Shown: positions 38,601-52,300, counted from the first letter of the stretch. The stretch: 64,000 bases of DNA from Auanema rhodensis (GCA_964057225.1 OZ059899.1:8060001-8124000), one strand, 5' to 3'. A program made the numbers and translations. Notes: generated by a model not told the origin, from the letters alone.

Positions 38601-40279
38601 AAATTCGACATACCATCCTACAATATGCTTTTAACTTAAGAAATATTTTTGTTAATAATGCTAATTATGTAGATGATTTTCTCTTTATTTTTCATTTTTA
38701 TTTCAAATATTTTTCTTTCTTTTTTCAAATATTTTATCAAAACAATCTTTTATATTATTTTATCAATTATTATATTAATAAATTTATAATTATGTATATA
38801 TATTGATTAAATCACATGTATTGATATCAAACTTTAATTCTTATAAACTTCATGTAATGTTTGACTTTCTTCGTTTATAAAACAAAAGAAGCTCTTCAGT
38901 GGTAGATTCAAACTGTTTTTTTTGTTTCACTACAACTTTAGGTAAGCTAAACCATATTAACTCCAAATAAGGAAAGTACTTGAGTCATGTCCATTTAAAG
39001 CTTAACGCAACGAACTATATCTCTCAGGTCGTGGCTATACAAGTGGAGTACTAAGGATCAGATGTTTGTCCGTCGGTTAATTCTCAAGAGAGGAAACACG
39101 AATAGTCAAGAGATTTCATCGTCATTTCTACGTCGTTGTCGTAGTCTTCTTCGTTTTCTTGCTTTGTCATACCACCACCGTGCTTTAGTCTACAACAATT
39201 CAAATTTTGTCTGCTCACTATATCTCTCAATCCTTCATCTATCATCACCTGACGATCTCATTGAATAGTGACCGTTCTATTGCTCTCTTGATGATGTACT
39301 CTCTTTGCTTCTCGCTCTCTGCTATTCCCTCTCACTTTCTATCCATCCCTTTTTATTTTCTTTATTTTTTGATGCAAAAAGTGGAACCATAGATACAACA
39401 TCCAAAAGAAGTGCGTCGAGATAGGCAAGAACACAAGAAAGTATAGAATCTGATGAAAAAGACACTCAGAATGAAGCTCATGTTATGTTTCCATTCGTAA
39501 AGTACCATCAGGTCAAAGCTTTCTTCATTTTTATTAAAAAAGCAGTTTATAACCAAATAGCGCAAATGATTGGAGAACTTGCTCACAAGTCAACCATTGA
39601 TTTTGCAAAGCCAGAAGATGAAGCTCTTCAGATGGTATTGTGTGGAAACAAAAAGTTAGGAACATAAAATTTTACAGGGAACAATGACAACGAACAACTA
39701 TATGATTGAACTTGATATGATCTTACTCATATATAATATGACTGATAAAGCACATTTCGTTGTTTAAAAAATATTCTTTTAGTCTCAAATTAAAATTAAT
39801 ATTACATTAAAGATTATAAAATCGTTTATAGTAGCAATCATATGATGTTTAATTCAAATATAATTTTTAAAAAAAAATTCTTTTTAATTTTTTTTAAATT
39901 TCTAAAAATATAAATTATGTTTTACTTAATTTTAAATAAAAATATTGATGAAACAAATAATTTAATTTTGAATTTATGAATGTATGCATTTCAAGTATTA
40001 TTATGAACTGTATATTGAATCTTTAATGAAATACTAATCTAATTATCAAGATTTTATAGTTTTTATGTATTTTTTTATAATCTATACATACATATATGTA
40101 TGTATAGATTCATATACAACCGGATATTTGAATTTTCTTAAAAATCAAACATCAAATTTCTTACAACACATTCATACTTTTATTAATATATTGCAAATAC
40201 TTTGACAGAATATTAGAGATAAGAAATAAACTTATATTATGAATGAAATGTTTGATAAGGATACCAGAACCGCGTGGAA

Positions 40280-41964
40280 ATGCTGCAGTTCTCATTCGGT
40301 AGAATCTTAAGCTTATTAATGATAATCACTCAACATCTATTTTAGGAAAATGTCTACTTCTTGCATGTTTTCTACCAGTTAGGTATATTATAGTAACTAT
40401 TCATTCTATTATTAATTTATATTTATAGCTTGGCACATTTAGCTGATTTTGGTGTACCCAACTATTCATGTAATGATGAGCTAATGAGACCAAGTAAAAA
40501 AATTCCTACAAATGTCAATTCTGTACGCCCAGCTGATATTAAGGTTGTAATGGCATTAGGAGACTCATTAACTGCAAGTTATTCATTTTCTTTTTTCTTC
40601 ATTTCATATATTTTATTATTTTTTATTGTATTATTTGTGTTATATAATATTATATAATTAATTAAGGCTGCTAATGGAGCCGGTGCTGAAGATCCAATTG
40701 CTGTCGTTCTACAGTACAGAGGTTTAGCTTTCCAGGGTGGAGGAGATCACACTTTAGATACACATGCTACTATTCCAAGTAGAATCTATTTTTTATTTTT
40801 CAACTATTGTATGTATCCTTTTCCAGATATTTTGAAGAAATATAATCCAAACTTATTCGGTTATTCTAATGGTATTGGCTCTCCAAATGTTTGGGAAGTA
40901 GCAAGACTGAATGTAGCCATGCCTGGAGCAGAGGCAAAAGATTTGCCTGGCCAAGCACGTCAACTAGTTGCTCTTTTGAAACATCATACTGAGGTACAAA
41001 ATTTGTGAATCTTTCTTAATTATTATTTTTTTGAAATACTTAGGTGGTTAATTACAAGAATGATTGGAAACTTTTGAATATTTTCATTGGCGGAAATGAT
41101 GCATGTGGTTACTGTAGACATCCAGTTAGTTGATAAGATTTTCAGATAAAAAACATAAAATACTATGAACCATTAAAGGATTACAATCCTCAACAATGTG
41201 CTGATCATGTGGCCGAAGCTATCAATGTTATTTACCAAAATGTGCCACGTGTAATTGTATCAATCACTGGAATGTTACAGCTTCAAATGCTTCGACAAAC
41301 GGATAAGGGTCATTTCTTCTGTACAAGTATACATAAGTAGGTTATAGGAAAACAATATTCATACAAAATATACAAAATTATTACCAAAGAAAATACTTTA
41401 ATACGTGAAATAGCTTAAAGTTTATTGAAAATTATCAAAAAAACGTATAAAAAGTGAATTTGTTATGAAGAATATTAAGTTTTCAAGTTTATCTTATATT
41501 TCTAGAGATGAATGCGGTTGTGAACTCAATAAGACAGTTACTGATCAACAACTTGGTCAATATGGTATTGCATACACAAATGGAGAAATTGAAATTCAAA
41601 ATAGTGGAAGATTTGAAAATGATAATTTCACTGTTGTTGTTCAACCATTCTTACGAGACGTTGTTGTACCCCCAGCTAATCAAACCTTCTTTGCTCCTGA
41701 CTGCTTCCATTTCTCTCAGTATGGACATGGAATCGTAACTACTTGGGTATGGAAAAATCTTATGGAACCAACACATTTGAAAACAACCAAAGGATCAGTT
41801 AATGAAGGAGCATTACCCTTAGCGTGTCCTGATCCCGTAAGTTTTCTTTTGTTTTTGCTTAATTTTAATTTTAAATTTAGTCCTGTCCATACATTCGTAC
41901 GGTTAAAAATAGCAAAGATTGCACACCATACTTAACACCTGTAGCTGATAAGAGAATCAACTAA
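40280..41964 (+). CDS. Secreted phospholipase B1-like GDSL/SGNH lipase
   Basis: Signal peptide, then SVRPADIKVVMALGDSLT|AANGA, LNVAMPGA, DWKLLNIFIGGND, FTVVVQPF and FFAPDCFHFSQYGH (catalytic S, D, H). Ends ...DKRIN* at 41964. Confidence 0.92.
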
Positions 41965-41989
41965 GCCTAAACTATAAATAAATTGAAAT

Positions 41990-42420
41990 CTTTTTTTATC
42001 ATTTATAAATAAATGTATATTAATGTAATTATTGAATAAAAAAATGAATTTTATTTTATGTTTATATTTTAAAATAATTATATTATTTAATTAAAAATAC
42101 AAATTAAAATTTTATTATAATTTTTAAAATAAAATAATATAATATAATATAATATAAATTAAGATAATACATTAATATAATAATACAAAAATATAATAAA
42201 ATACTAATATTAATAAAATAAATTTAATATTAATATTAATATTAATTTAAATAATGAAAATATTATATTTTTTTAAAAATAAATAAAAATATTAATTATA
42301 CAATAACCGGTCGTTGATTGAGCATTCTGATAAATTTCGAATTAAATTTTAATACAAAAACATTAAAAAAATAAATAAAAATGAATTATTACAAATAAAA
42401 ATTGAATTCTAAATTAAACA
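41990..42420. repeat. Extremely AT-rich low-complexity tract
   Basis: Almost only A/T apart from a short insert near 42300-42340. Similar tracts occur at ~38400-38820, 39780-40100 and 57120-57260. Confidence 0.7.
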
Positions 42421-45400
42421 GATCAACTGATGAATTACAGGTTGAGCATTGATCATTACGATATATTTAGACAAGAAATAGTTGAATTTAAGGATAAAGC
42501 TCTAATACGGACTAAGAGAAATAGAAAATTGTACTATAAGCTATGCTCTTTTATGAAATCCGTTCACTCGTTTTTTCGGCTTTTTCTTCAATTCTCCGAC
42601 AAATTCTATTTGAAGTCGTGACCGCAGCAATGATGGAGAAGCACTGAGCGGTCAAAAGATCGAGACTAGATACTGTGAAAACAGGAAGAAATATTGAGAA
42701 TACAGCATTGATATTTAAGAGGATGGCTAGAGAAACTAAGAAATATGGAAAATAATCTGACGACGACATAGAGCAGAATGCAGAGCTCTTCGTCACCTTT
42801 GTTCTTCTTCTTCTTCTTCGACATTTTTATTCTCGTTTAGCTGTACATCAATTTCAACTAAAGGTTATTCAACTTCAATTTCAACATTCAATTTTTCATA
42901 TTTTCACAGTTTTTCAATACTTTTTCATAAAAAATGTTTTTTTTTTCTAAAAAAAAAACGATTTGTATGAAGATAATTCACATAATATAGTATATGTATC
43001 TCCGACAGTTGCCTATTATATATCCGATTATTGCCAATATATAAATAATTTTATTAAATTTTAGTTAGGCTGTATCTACAGACATGTATGTATGTATGTA
43101 TATGTACTTTCATATTTCATTTTACTTTATTTTCTTTTATTTTATCATATTGTTTTATTTCTCTATATCTATACATAGTATCTAACATAGAAAACATTAA
43201 AAGTTAACAAATTTTGAAATATTTTAAGCATATACTATATATTCTATATATATAGATGATGTATAATAGATTAATAGTATAGTACCTGATGTTTTTATTT
43301 ACTTTATACATACATTCTTCATTGGTCACTCTCTTTTTTTCATCACGTCCTCTCTGACAACTATTGTTTGTTCGTGTGCTTAAGCTTTTGCACAGTGCAC
43401 CAAAAGTATTCACGAAAAGTTTTTAATGAATAGAGAAAAAATGAAAAAAAAATCTTTTTTAGAATTATTTCTAATAAAGTTTTGAGTAAAAGAAAAAGTT
43501 GTTAATGCTTAAAGTCAATTGTATACACCTTTGATACATAACTATCTTTCTTTCTACTATTTCACTTATATCCTTTAAACAATTCTTTTTTTTTTCTTTA
43601 CGAATTCAACTTATTGGCTTTTGAATACAACCGTTTCAACTATAGCCAAACATGTAGCAATTGCTTATTCTATTGAACCAGAAAGGATAGAATTACCCAT
43701 TTGGTTCTTTTATTCCGGAAAATTCTTCATTTTCTCAGTTTCAAGCTTCTGTTGACCACTTGTTTGACCACTTCATCTACAGCATAATCGGCTATGCTGT
43801 TACCATATCAATCGATATCACACTTGTAAAAATGGTTAGAACATTTGAAGAAATCTAATGGTTTTACGAGTTTTCCCTCTTAGTTCACTCCTTTTCAAAT
43901 CATTCTTCTACTATTTGTTTCTCTTTTTACCTTTTCTTTTCTAATGACTGTCTCTGCTTATTAATTGTATTTACTGTACGAGTAATCTGTGTAAATTCCG
44001 AAAGAGGAAGAAGATAATCTCAACTGTCTATTCAAAAGAAAATAAGAAATTTCATCAGATTGAAAAGGTTGTTGTAGGATTAGATGAGACACAGAGAAAC
44101 AGAAATGATTGAGGAGACAAGAAAGGCGGTAAGAGATAACGCAAGTTACTCTGACGTCCGATAGAGGGATGTCAACGAAACCGACAGACGGGTGAAGAAG
44201 ACATCATCGTTTGTATTCTACATCTTCATTTCGTTATTGGTCATCTCTTTACTTTTCCTCGTTCGGTCAACTCTTCTCTACTCTCGGTATTCCTTCATTG
44301 TCCTTCCCATTGACTTTCCCCCTACGTGTGTTTTGCAAACAAACATTTGAGCTCGCAGGTGTCTGAGTGAGAGAGAGGTAAAGTAAGAAATAATGAGAAA
44401 TATCGAAGAATAGAGTTTGTGAGATCTATAGAAAGATAGAGAGAGAGGATGAACGAAAAAGGGAAAAGAGAAGTAAAAGGTGTGACCAGTTCAACGATTG
44501 AGAACAGACGACGAACAAGGAAAGTGCTTAATTCTCCGATCTGCATTCGGAATCATTACTATCTCAGTTGATGTGGCTCTTCATTTATCGTTGCTGTCCT
44601 AGCACTTTCCACTCCAAAATTCTTGCTTAAAGTACGTTTTTGCGAATTTGCGAAGAATTTTCAATTCTCTTTTTCATTTTCTTTCATTTGTGGCCGCAAT
44701 TATCTGAATTTTTCAAGCATTAATATTAAAAATATTCTAATATATATAAATTTTTTTTTCAATTACAAATCAACTAACTATAGCTTTATTGGAAAAAATA
44801 ATTGTATAATTCCTATTATTCGTCAAATATGTTTCAAGTATATCTAAATATATATTGATAACAATGATCCAAATGATCTCTTTTACAAAAGTTTTTGTTG
44901 GTTTTTTTTCTTTGTTGGATCATTTTCAACACTAAAATTCTACATATAGAATTGAAGTATATATGTATATCACTTATTCAAGAGTACTTTTGGCTAGTAA
45001 GTCGAATCAACTGGCCTATTCATAATACAGCTGGTCAGTGAAAAGAATCTAAAATAAGGAATATAAGAGATATATGAACATATATAGAGAGAAAACGAGA
45101 AGTATACAGAGAGAGAAAGGGTGGGAAAAGAGGGAAAAAGCAAATATGTCCACATGACCCAACACCGAACTCCCTCATCAGTATTCTACGACAGCTTCTC
45201 AGTATTAAGAATCTCCCGTCATTTGCATCTGATGCTCTAGTTTATTATTTTTATTTTTAATTCAATTATTAGTCAGATAATACAATAATATCAAATAATT
45301 CTATGATTTAATGTTACATATCTTCAGAATTTAAAAAAAACGTCTTACATTTCTTCCCAACTCCCTCCCCTAACTCCCTCAAACCATTGGCCTTACAGAT

Positions 45401-45836
45401 CTAGAAAAAGAAGTTTTTATTTCCAAATTTCTTTTCTCAAAAAAGCTATTTCAAATGGAAATATACTGTTCTAGAACCATTTAGTATATTTCTATGAAAA
45501 GGTTTCTATAACTGCTAAACAAACATAACTGAATAAACGACCTCAAACCAACTAGCCATTGGCTATATTTGGATTATTATGATGGACAATCGTTGTTGTT
45601 ATAGTTATCTATTAATTATTTTTTTCTGAAAAAACTCTGTAAAAGACCAATTCATCTTTTATCTCTGTTATACACATAGAGATGTATATACACATTCGTT
45701 CTATCTCATTATTGCTTCTTTTTCTTTCTTTTTTTCTTTTTTTCTAGTTTAAACAATCAAATTCATCATAGATTTTTTAAACTTTATTTATCTTTATATT
45801 TTTATTCATTCTATATATCTATTGAACTAATTCAAA

Positions 45837-45864
45837 TATTATTATTATTATTATTATTATTATT
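45837..45864. repeat. (ATT)n microsatellite
   Basis: About 9 perfect ATT units upstream of the ITM2 start. Confidence 0.8.
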
Positions 45865-45932
45865 TCACTTTCTTTCTTTCTTTTAGTTTGAATCCGCTTC
45901 AAATAATAAATCCATATTTAACTTTGTTATAG

Positions 45933-47367
45933 ATGACGGTCTTTACCAAAAAAGATGCTACAGAAGAGAAAAATACTTCAGAAAAAGAGGTAATACTTAA
46001 TAAATTTTATTATTTTATTTATGGTTTATTATAATTTTATTTACTTTGTAAATATTTAGGTACCAAAAGTAGTGGTGTCTGGTAGCTTGTCACCTAGTTC
46101 TCCTCCCGATGAAAGACATATCAGTAACTGTGGCTGGATACCAATGGAAGGAGGAAATTTTGACAGGTATTTCAATAATATTAATATATTTTTTATATTA
46201 TTTTCTATAATTTTTAGACCAAAGGAAAAGAGATCTTCATCATTTGGACCATTATCTATTATCCGTCTATCACCATCACCTTTGGCACGTACACCATCTC
46301 CTTCTCCTCCAGATTATGATAGCGTTGATCAAGAAAGAAGGTATAAATTGAATAATTTCTGTTAATAAATTAAATTTTTTTTTCAAATTGATAATTAAAA
46401 TATTTTTTTTTAATTTGTATTTTAGGTTCCGAAAATGTACGAAAGTTATGCTTCTTCTCTGTATTCTAATGGGTATTGGAATGGGAACTGGATTCTATTT
46501 TTATCAAAAATCTTTAATAAAGTAAAATAAAATTTTTTATTATTTACTTATTTACTCAAGCGTTTCCTATTCTTATATCACTTTTTTTCTTTTAAGTGCT
46601 GCTTATAAGAGAGGAATTTATCATGGATGGAATGCTGCCGTATATAACAATCGTGGGGTTCCTGAACGACTTGAACAGAACGTCGAAGTTAATCAAGATC
46701 AGGTAATTATTATTCATATAGTTAAATCTATTTGATTCACACCGTTATAGTCTTACGAGAAAATTGATGTTCCACGATTTGGCTCCAATCGTCCTGCTGT
46801 ATTTCTTCACGATTTCAAGCAGGTATATAAGCTTAATTGAAGAGTTTTCATTGAAAAACTGTTTAGAACTTGACAGCCATTGTTGATGTTATGGGAAAAC
46901 GTTGCTTTGTTAAGCAACTTGATCGAACCACTGTTGCTGCTCCCCGCAATCTTATCGATATGCTTCGTGGAATTGAGGTAATTTCAGCATATATGGTAAA
47001 CTATTTTTCTAAATCATGATTTCAGTCAACCTCAAATCCATCAACAGAATCACGAGTAGTACGTGAAACTTTCCGTGTTGGCGATCAATTGAACGAGGAG
47101 CAACTTGATGCTTTAGGCTCTTTCGTCATCACTCGTCATTGCCAATTCAGACCCGTCTATATGCTTCAAAAGACTGGTGAAAGCCAAGAAGCTAGACGTG
47201 TTAGACGAGGTCAGTTATAAACCTTTCTCGTATTCTCATCTAGTTATTACAATTACTTTAACAAAAACCAAATAAAAATTTTATTTTCAGCTAGCGATGT
47301 AATGGAATCCTTGGACTTCGCTTCAATGGGTGGTGATGCCGTAGAAGTTGATACAATTGAGTTTTAA
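45933..47367 (+). CDS. ITM2: Integral membrane protein 2 (ITM2/BRI) family BRICHOS protein, type II membrane
   Basis: MTVFTK start and TM segment VMLLLCILMGIGMGTGFYFY. BRICHOS signature YEKIDVPRFGSNRPAVFLHDFKQNLTAIVD...RCFVKQLD...HCQFRPVYML. Furin-type RRVRR, then a short C-terminal peptide; TAA at 47365-47367. Confidence 0.9.
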
Positions 47368-48307
47368 AGCTCAATATCATACAAATTCATCCATACGAGA
47401 ATATTATTATTCCATTATATCAATAGATATTTGGATTGAAGAAATTTAATATTTATTTGTAAATAAGAAAAAGTTCAGAAATTTTTCGTATTTTGTTTGG
47501 TTCAAGATCTGTTTGATGTTCTATGTCAAACGAGTGTTTTTCACTAAAAATTGTATTTCTTTTCTCGTTTTAGCTCACATGATCGTCGTCTTTTTCAATA
47601 TTTCTTCTATATTATTTCCATCGTTATCATCGTAGTCATTCACAAACCATAATTGTTATAATTATTTTTATTATTTCCGTTTTATTTTCTTTAATATGGC
47701 CTACGTGTTTCTCTTTCTCACACCCTCCCTTCTACCCCCAACCCCTCCCCCTTGAAAGATCAGCGGCAAAGATGAAAAAATCAGACATAACATGTAAACT
47801 TACGTTTTTGTATTTTTATTCTCTTGACCTATTCATAATTATATTTTCAAAAAGTTATATACATATATATATATATTTTTATTATATTTAAAAATATATT
47901 TGATAATATACAGTATAAATAAGTTTTTTTTGTTATTCTGATTCATTCATTTGACTGTACCGTTTGTAATCACTACGTGATAAACCTTCTTCAAAAATAA
48001 GTATTATATATGTATTAAATGAAACATAAATAGAGTTCAGTATCAAGTTTAATATATTTATATTTATTATATTAAACTATTTTATTAACTTACAGGTGTA
48101 TATTTTAATGTTTATTCTTAAAAAATATGAGATCCGCGATAAAGAATTGTCAGATAAATAATTTGTTTGTTTTTGTTTATTGTTGTTTTATTAAATATTA
48201 AAATTAAAACAACAATAGCTACATTAACAAAAACAACAACAACCGCATTTCATTTCTGTACTATTTAAAATGAATTATTTGATGATATTAACTAATTTAT
48301 AAATATA

Positions 48308-48867
48308 TTAGGTGTGTAAGTTAAAACGCGGCTATAGTGTGTCATGTTAAAAAAATCAAAAAAACTGTTAAGAAAGAAAAGAATTTATTTCTGAAAATAT
48401 TTTCCCTCGCTTTCGATCACTTTCTCTCATCTCTTCTTCAAATTTCTTATTCCATTTCTGAAAAATATTTTAGATTTAGACTCGAAAATTTTTTTAATGA
48501 ATTGTTCAATTTCTCCTAAAGTTTTGAAGCTTTCCCCTCTCAAACTATGCTCCATTGACCTGAACAGATGATAATCTGTTGGGGCAAGGTCTGGAGAGTA
48601 AGGGGGATGCTTCAAAACTTCCCAATTCAGCTCCTGGAGCGTTTGCTGTGCCTTCGCACAACAGTGAGGGCGCGCGTTGTCGTGTAACAACGTCACGCCA
48701 AGTTTTTTGAAGCAAAAAAAAATTAAATTTTTAAACTTTTTTTGGTTTTATTATATTTAAATATATTCGAATTTTGTAATTCATTTAAAAAAAATTTTAA
48801 ATTTTGTAAAATTAGCATAATGTTTTCATATTCTAACCGGTGGCCGCGTTTTAACTTACACACCTAA
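48308..48867 (-). mobile_element. Internally deleted (non-autonomous) mariner DNA transposon, 560 bp
   Basis: Perfect 25-bp TIRs TTAGGTGTGTAAGTTAAAACGCGGC at 48308-48332 and 48843-48867. TA target-site duplication at 48306-48307 and 48868-48869. Contains a transposase remnant. Confidence 0.95.
48427..48696 (-). pseudogene. Mariner transposase C-terminal fragment (D34D)
   Basis: LLHDNARPH...LKHPPYSPDLAPTDYHLFRSM, with exactly 34 residues between the two aspartates. The N-terminal HTH and first catalytic Asp are absent. Confidence 0.92.
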
Positions 48868-49377
48868 TATTTTAATACATATATGTATATGTATATATTA
48901 TCCGGATTTCTTCATTAAGTGTTTTAAAAAAAAGTTATTTTTGAAAAAATATTTAATAAAATAAATGAAATAAAAATAATTAATTCAATGAAACTTCACC
49001 AAAAGTTGTCATAATTAACAAATTATGAATTTATATCAATAAACAATCAAATAATTGAGATCAACGACGAAAATGCAGAACAAACAAAGAAAATACATTT
49101 GTGTACAGGAATTTGGCTAATATTTGACAAATAATTGAAATTCACAATTGAGCACAAACAAGGAAAAACCAGGAAAAGTAGTTGTTGTTAATTCATAAAA
49201 AGGATAAACTTAATATACTATATAGAATACATAAATATATATGATTATATGTATATACTATATGTACAGACACATCGCTGTTATATAACAATTACTATAT
49301 ATAATTTATGTTACTATCTATATAAACTATAAGATTATAACTAATATTTAAAAATAAATAATGTTATTTAATCAATT

Positions 49378-52300
49378 CTATAATGATATTGATGTGACCT
49401 GTGAATCGACAACCTGGGAATTATGTATAAAACGACTGCAGAAACCGTCTATTTCGTCATGGCATTCTTCAACTTCTGAACTACGCCCAAAACAAGGTGA
49501 GCCTCCTTCAGAAGGGGAAGGGGAAAGACAACCACGAATTCTGAATAGTTTCACTTGATAACTACAACACTTATGACTAATGTATACCGTGTACGAGAAC
49601 CGATACCACAGTTTGCAACACAAGGCGACCATTCATTCCAGGCCGACCAGTCGCCGTCGCGAGATTCTGAAATTAAAATCAGAATATCAAAAAAATTTGA
49701 GAAATGATTATATGAAAAATCTGTAAAAACAGTGTTTGAGTGCGCATTGCATTCCCAACTTGTGAAATGTTGTAAAACTTAAGAAATTGATATGAAACAT
49801 GCAAACTTTAAATATTTCTTTTGATTAATGCAAAAAAAAGAATTTGGATTATAGTTTTTCGAAATTTTTACTTTTTTTTCTTTTTTTTTGTTGTTTTGCC
49901 AAAAAAATTTCAAAAAAAAAAATGAAAATAAGTTTGATATACATAAATACATACATATATACACTAATCTCAAACACCTATACTATCCATCTAAAACTAA
50001 ATACCAAAACAAAACTTTAACTCGATGACTATTATATACCAACCCGGACAAAAATTCAAGTTACAGATGGAAGTTTGTACAGCCAAACCCCGACAGGGTG
50101 ATCCGGCCCCAGATGGTGTGGGGAAATCACACGAACGGAACCGAGATTGTAAAGCAAATCCGCAGCTTTTCGGACATTCCGACCATGCAGACCACAGACT
50201 CCAACTGCCGTCACGATCAGCTAAAACAGAAAAAAAACGGAAAATGCTATCAACTGATATGTGTAAACTAGAAAGCATGATAACGATTAACTAATTAGAA
50301 AAAATAAAACAAAGAAGTGAGTGAGTAACAGTTAAATGAAAAATAAAATAAAATTGTTAATTTGAAAGTGTTAGTATGTTAGTTGTTGTTTTTTTTAAAA
50401 TTAATTATAATTAATATTGGTTAATGAGTTATATTATTAATTATATTTCTTTTTTCTTATAGTTATAAGGCATTGTCATCGCAGCATAGAAGTTTATATC
50501 CTAAAACAAACTTACAATGAGTACACTTTGATGGATCAGAACAAGGTTGAAGCTCAAAATCAGAACCGAAACATGGTTGACCGCCTTGTGATGGACGTGG
50601 ATTAGAACAGAATCTATGCATCAATCCATATTTGTCAAAAAATGAGATAAGAAACAAACCTTGTTCGACTACGGTGGCCATTTGTACAGTAATCTGAACA
50701 TTCGCTCCATTCTGTCCAATCAGTCCAACCTCCGTCAATTGGTTTACCACATTGCTGCAACAAAACAAAATTAATAAATATATAATATTTTCATTGAAGT
50801 AAAATTAAAAAAAAGAAATTGATAATAAGAATAGAAACCTCGTTTGATTCACAGCTTCGTTGATCAAATGAGTAACCACTACAGTATGGACCTCTTAAAT
50901 ATAATGATTATATATTTATATATTTTAAATATAATAGATTACTTGTTTGCAGGAATTGGCTCACTACACATTCTATTACGAATTTGATGTCCAGCTCCTT
51001 GACAGTCTTTAGAACAAACGGACCATTCAGACCATAAAGACCATCCACCAGGAGATGATATACAATTCTAAATATTATAAAAACACTAATAACAACATAG
51101 TATATAAATTAACATACAGTAGCAACACATGGACGTTGTTCAAGTATCGGTCCTGAACAGAATCCTTGAACAGCTGGATCAGCTATTCTACAGAATCGAC
51201 GACGAGTTTCTGTTGATGTGAAACAGGAACACGATGACCATGATGACCATTGTGACCATGCTGGATCTAAATCAAAGATAAATAATTACATGAAACATAG
51301 TTTAACTTACATTGAACTTCTGTAATTTCTCGTGTCTTGTGACAAGATGGTGAATCAGGACATGCTCGTGTTTCAAACGATGGACCAGAGCACTAAACAG
51401 AAATGTTTTAAGCAAATGCTGAGAATCAAAACCTGGAAAATGAAGAATGCTGTACATCTACGTCGTCTTGTTTGAATTCCATTATCACCGCATGTAACAC
51501 TACATTCTGACCAATCAGTCCAAGCAGTCCAATGATTTCCTTCAACAAAAACTAAATTTTGAAGGAACCTTATCAACTTACCTTGCATATCACAAGTGTT
51601 CAAGTTGCAGCTTTGTCTATCAACTTGTAAAGGTTGTGGTGGACATTTGGACCCAATACAAACTCTAGTTCTTAAATAACAAATATATATAATTGAACAT
51701 TCATAATATAAAAATGTTTTAAAAAAATTAATTTACCTTCTCCTTGTTCCCCCACCACAACTAGCGCTACATTCCGTCCATTCATTCCATGAGTTCCAAT
51801 CTGTTTCTGAATCGTCCTCATCTCTTTCATTAATGGGAACTATTCTTTCACCGTGGGCAACAACCTATTCAAAGTTTTCGAACTGTTTCTTGTTTCGCTT
51901 CAAATCTTTCTTACCTTTCGTTTACCCTGACCAGTTAAAATTTCAATTGCTCGTCTTTTGCCATTAAATGGTTCTTGTAGTGAACACCATCGATCACAGG
52001 TTTCCACTTCAATTGGTGATCCAAGACATCGTTTTCCGTTAGAAGCATTGGAACAAATTCTACTTCTTTCATGAATTTCCGTAGATGAGCAGGATAAGCA
52101 TGAAGTCCATTCTGACCATTCATTCCATGTTGGTTCAGCACAAGGCTGATTGACACAACGTCGTTCGCGTTTTCCTTCATGAATCGAGCAATCTCCTGTA
52201 TTGAATTATTCTTGTTAAACTAAAACCAATAATATCCAAAACCTTTCAAGCATGATCGTTCGCGAATTTGTGTTCCTTCTCCACACGATGCTGAACATTC

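Noticed and set aside
42620-42653. gaccgc-ATGATGG...CTGA-gcggtc mini C/D-box-like hairpin
   Set aside because: Only ~34 nt, with no room for guide sequences, and the C box is imperfect.
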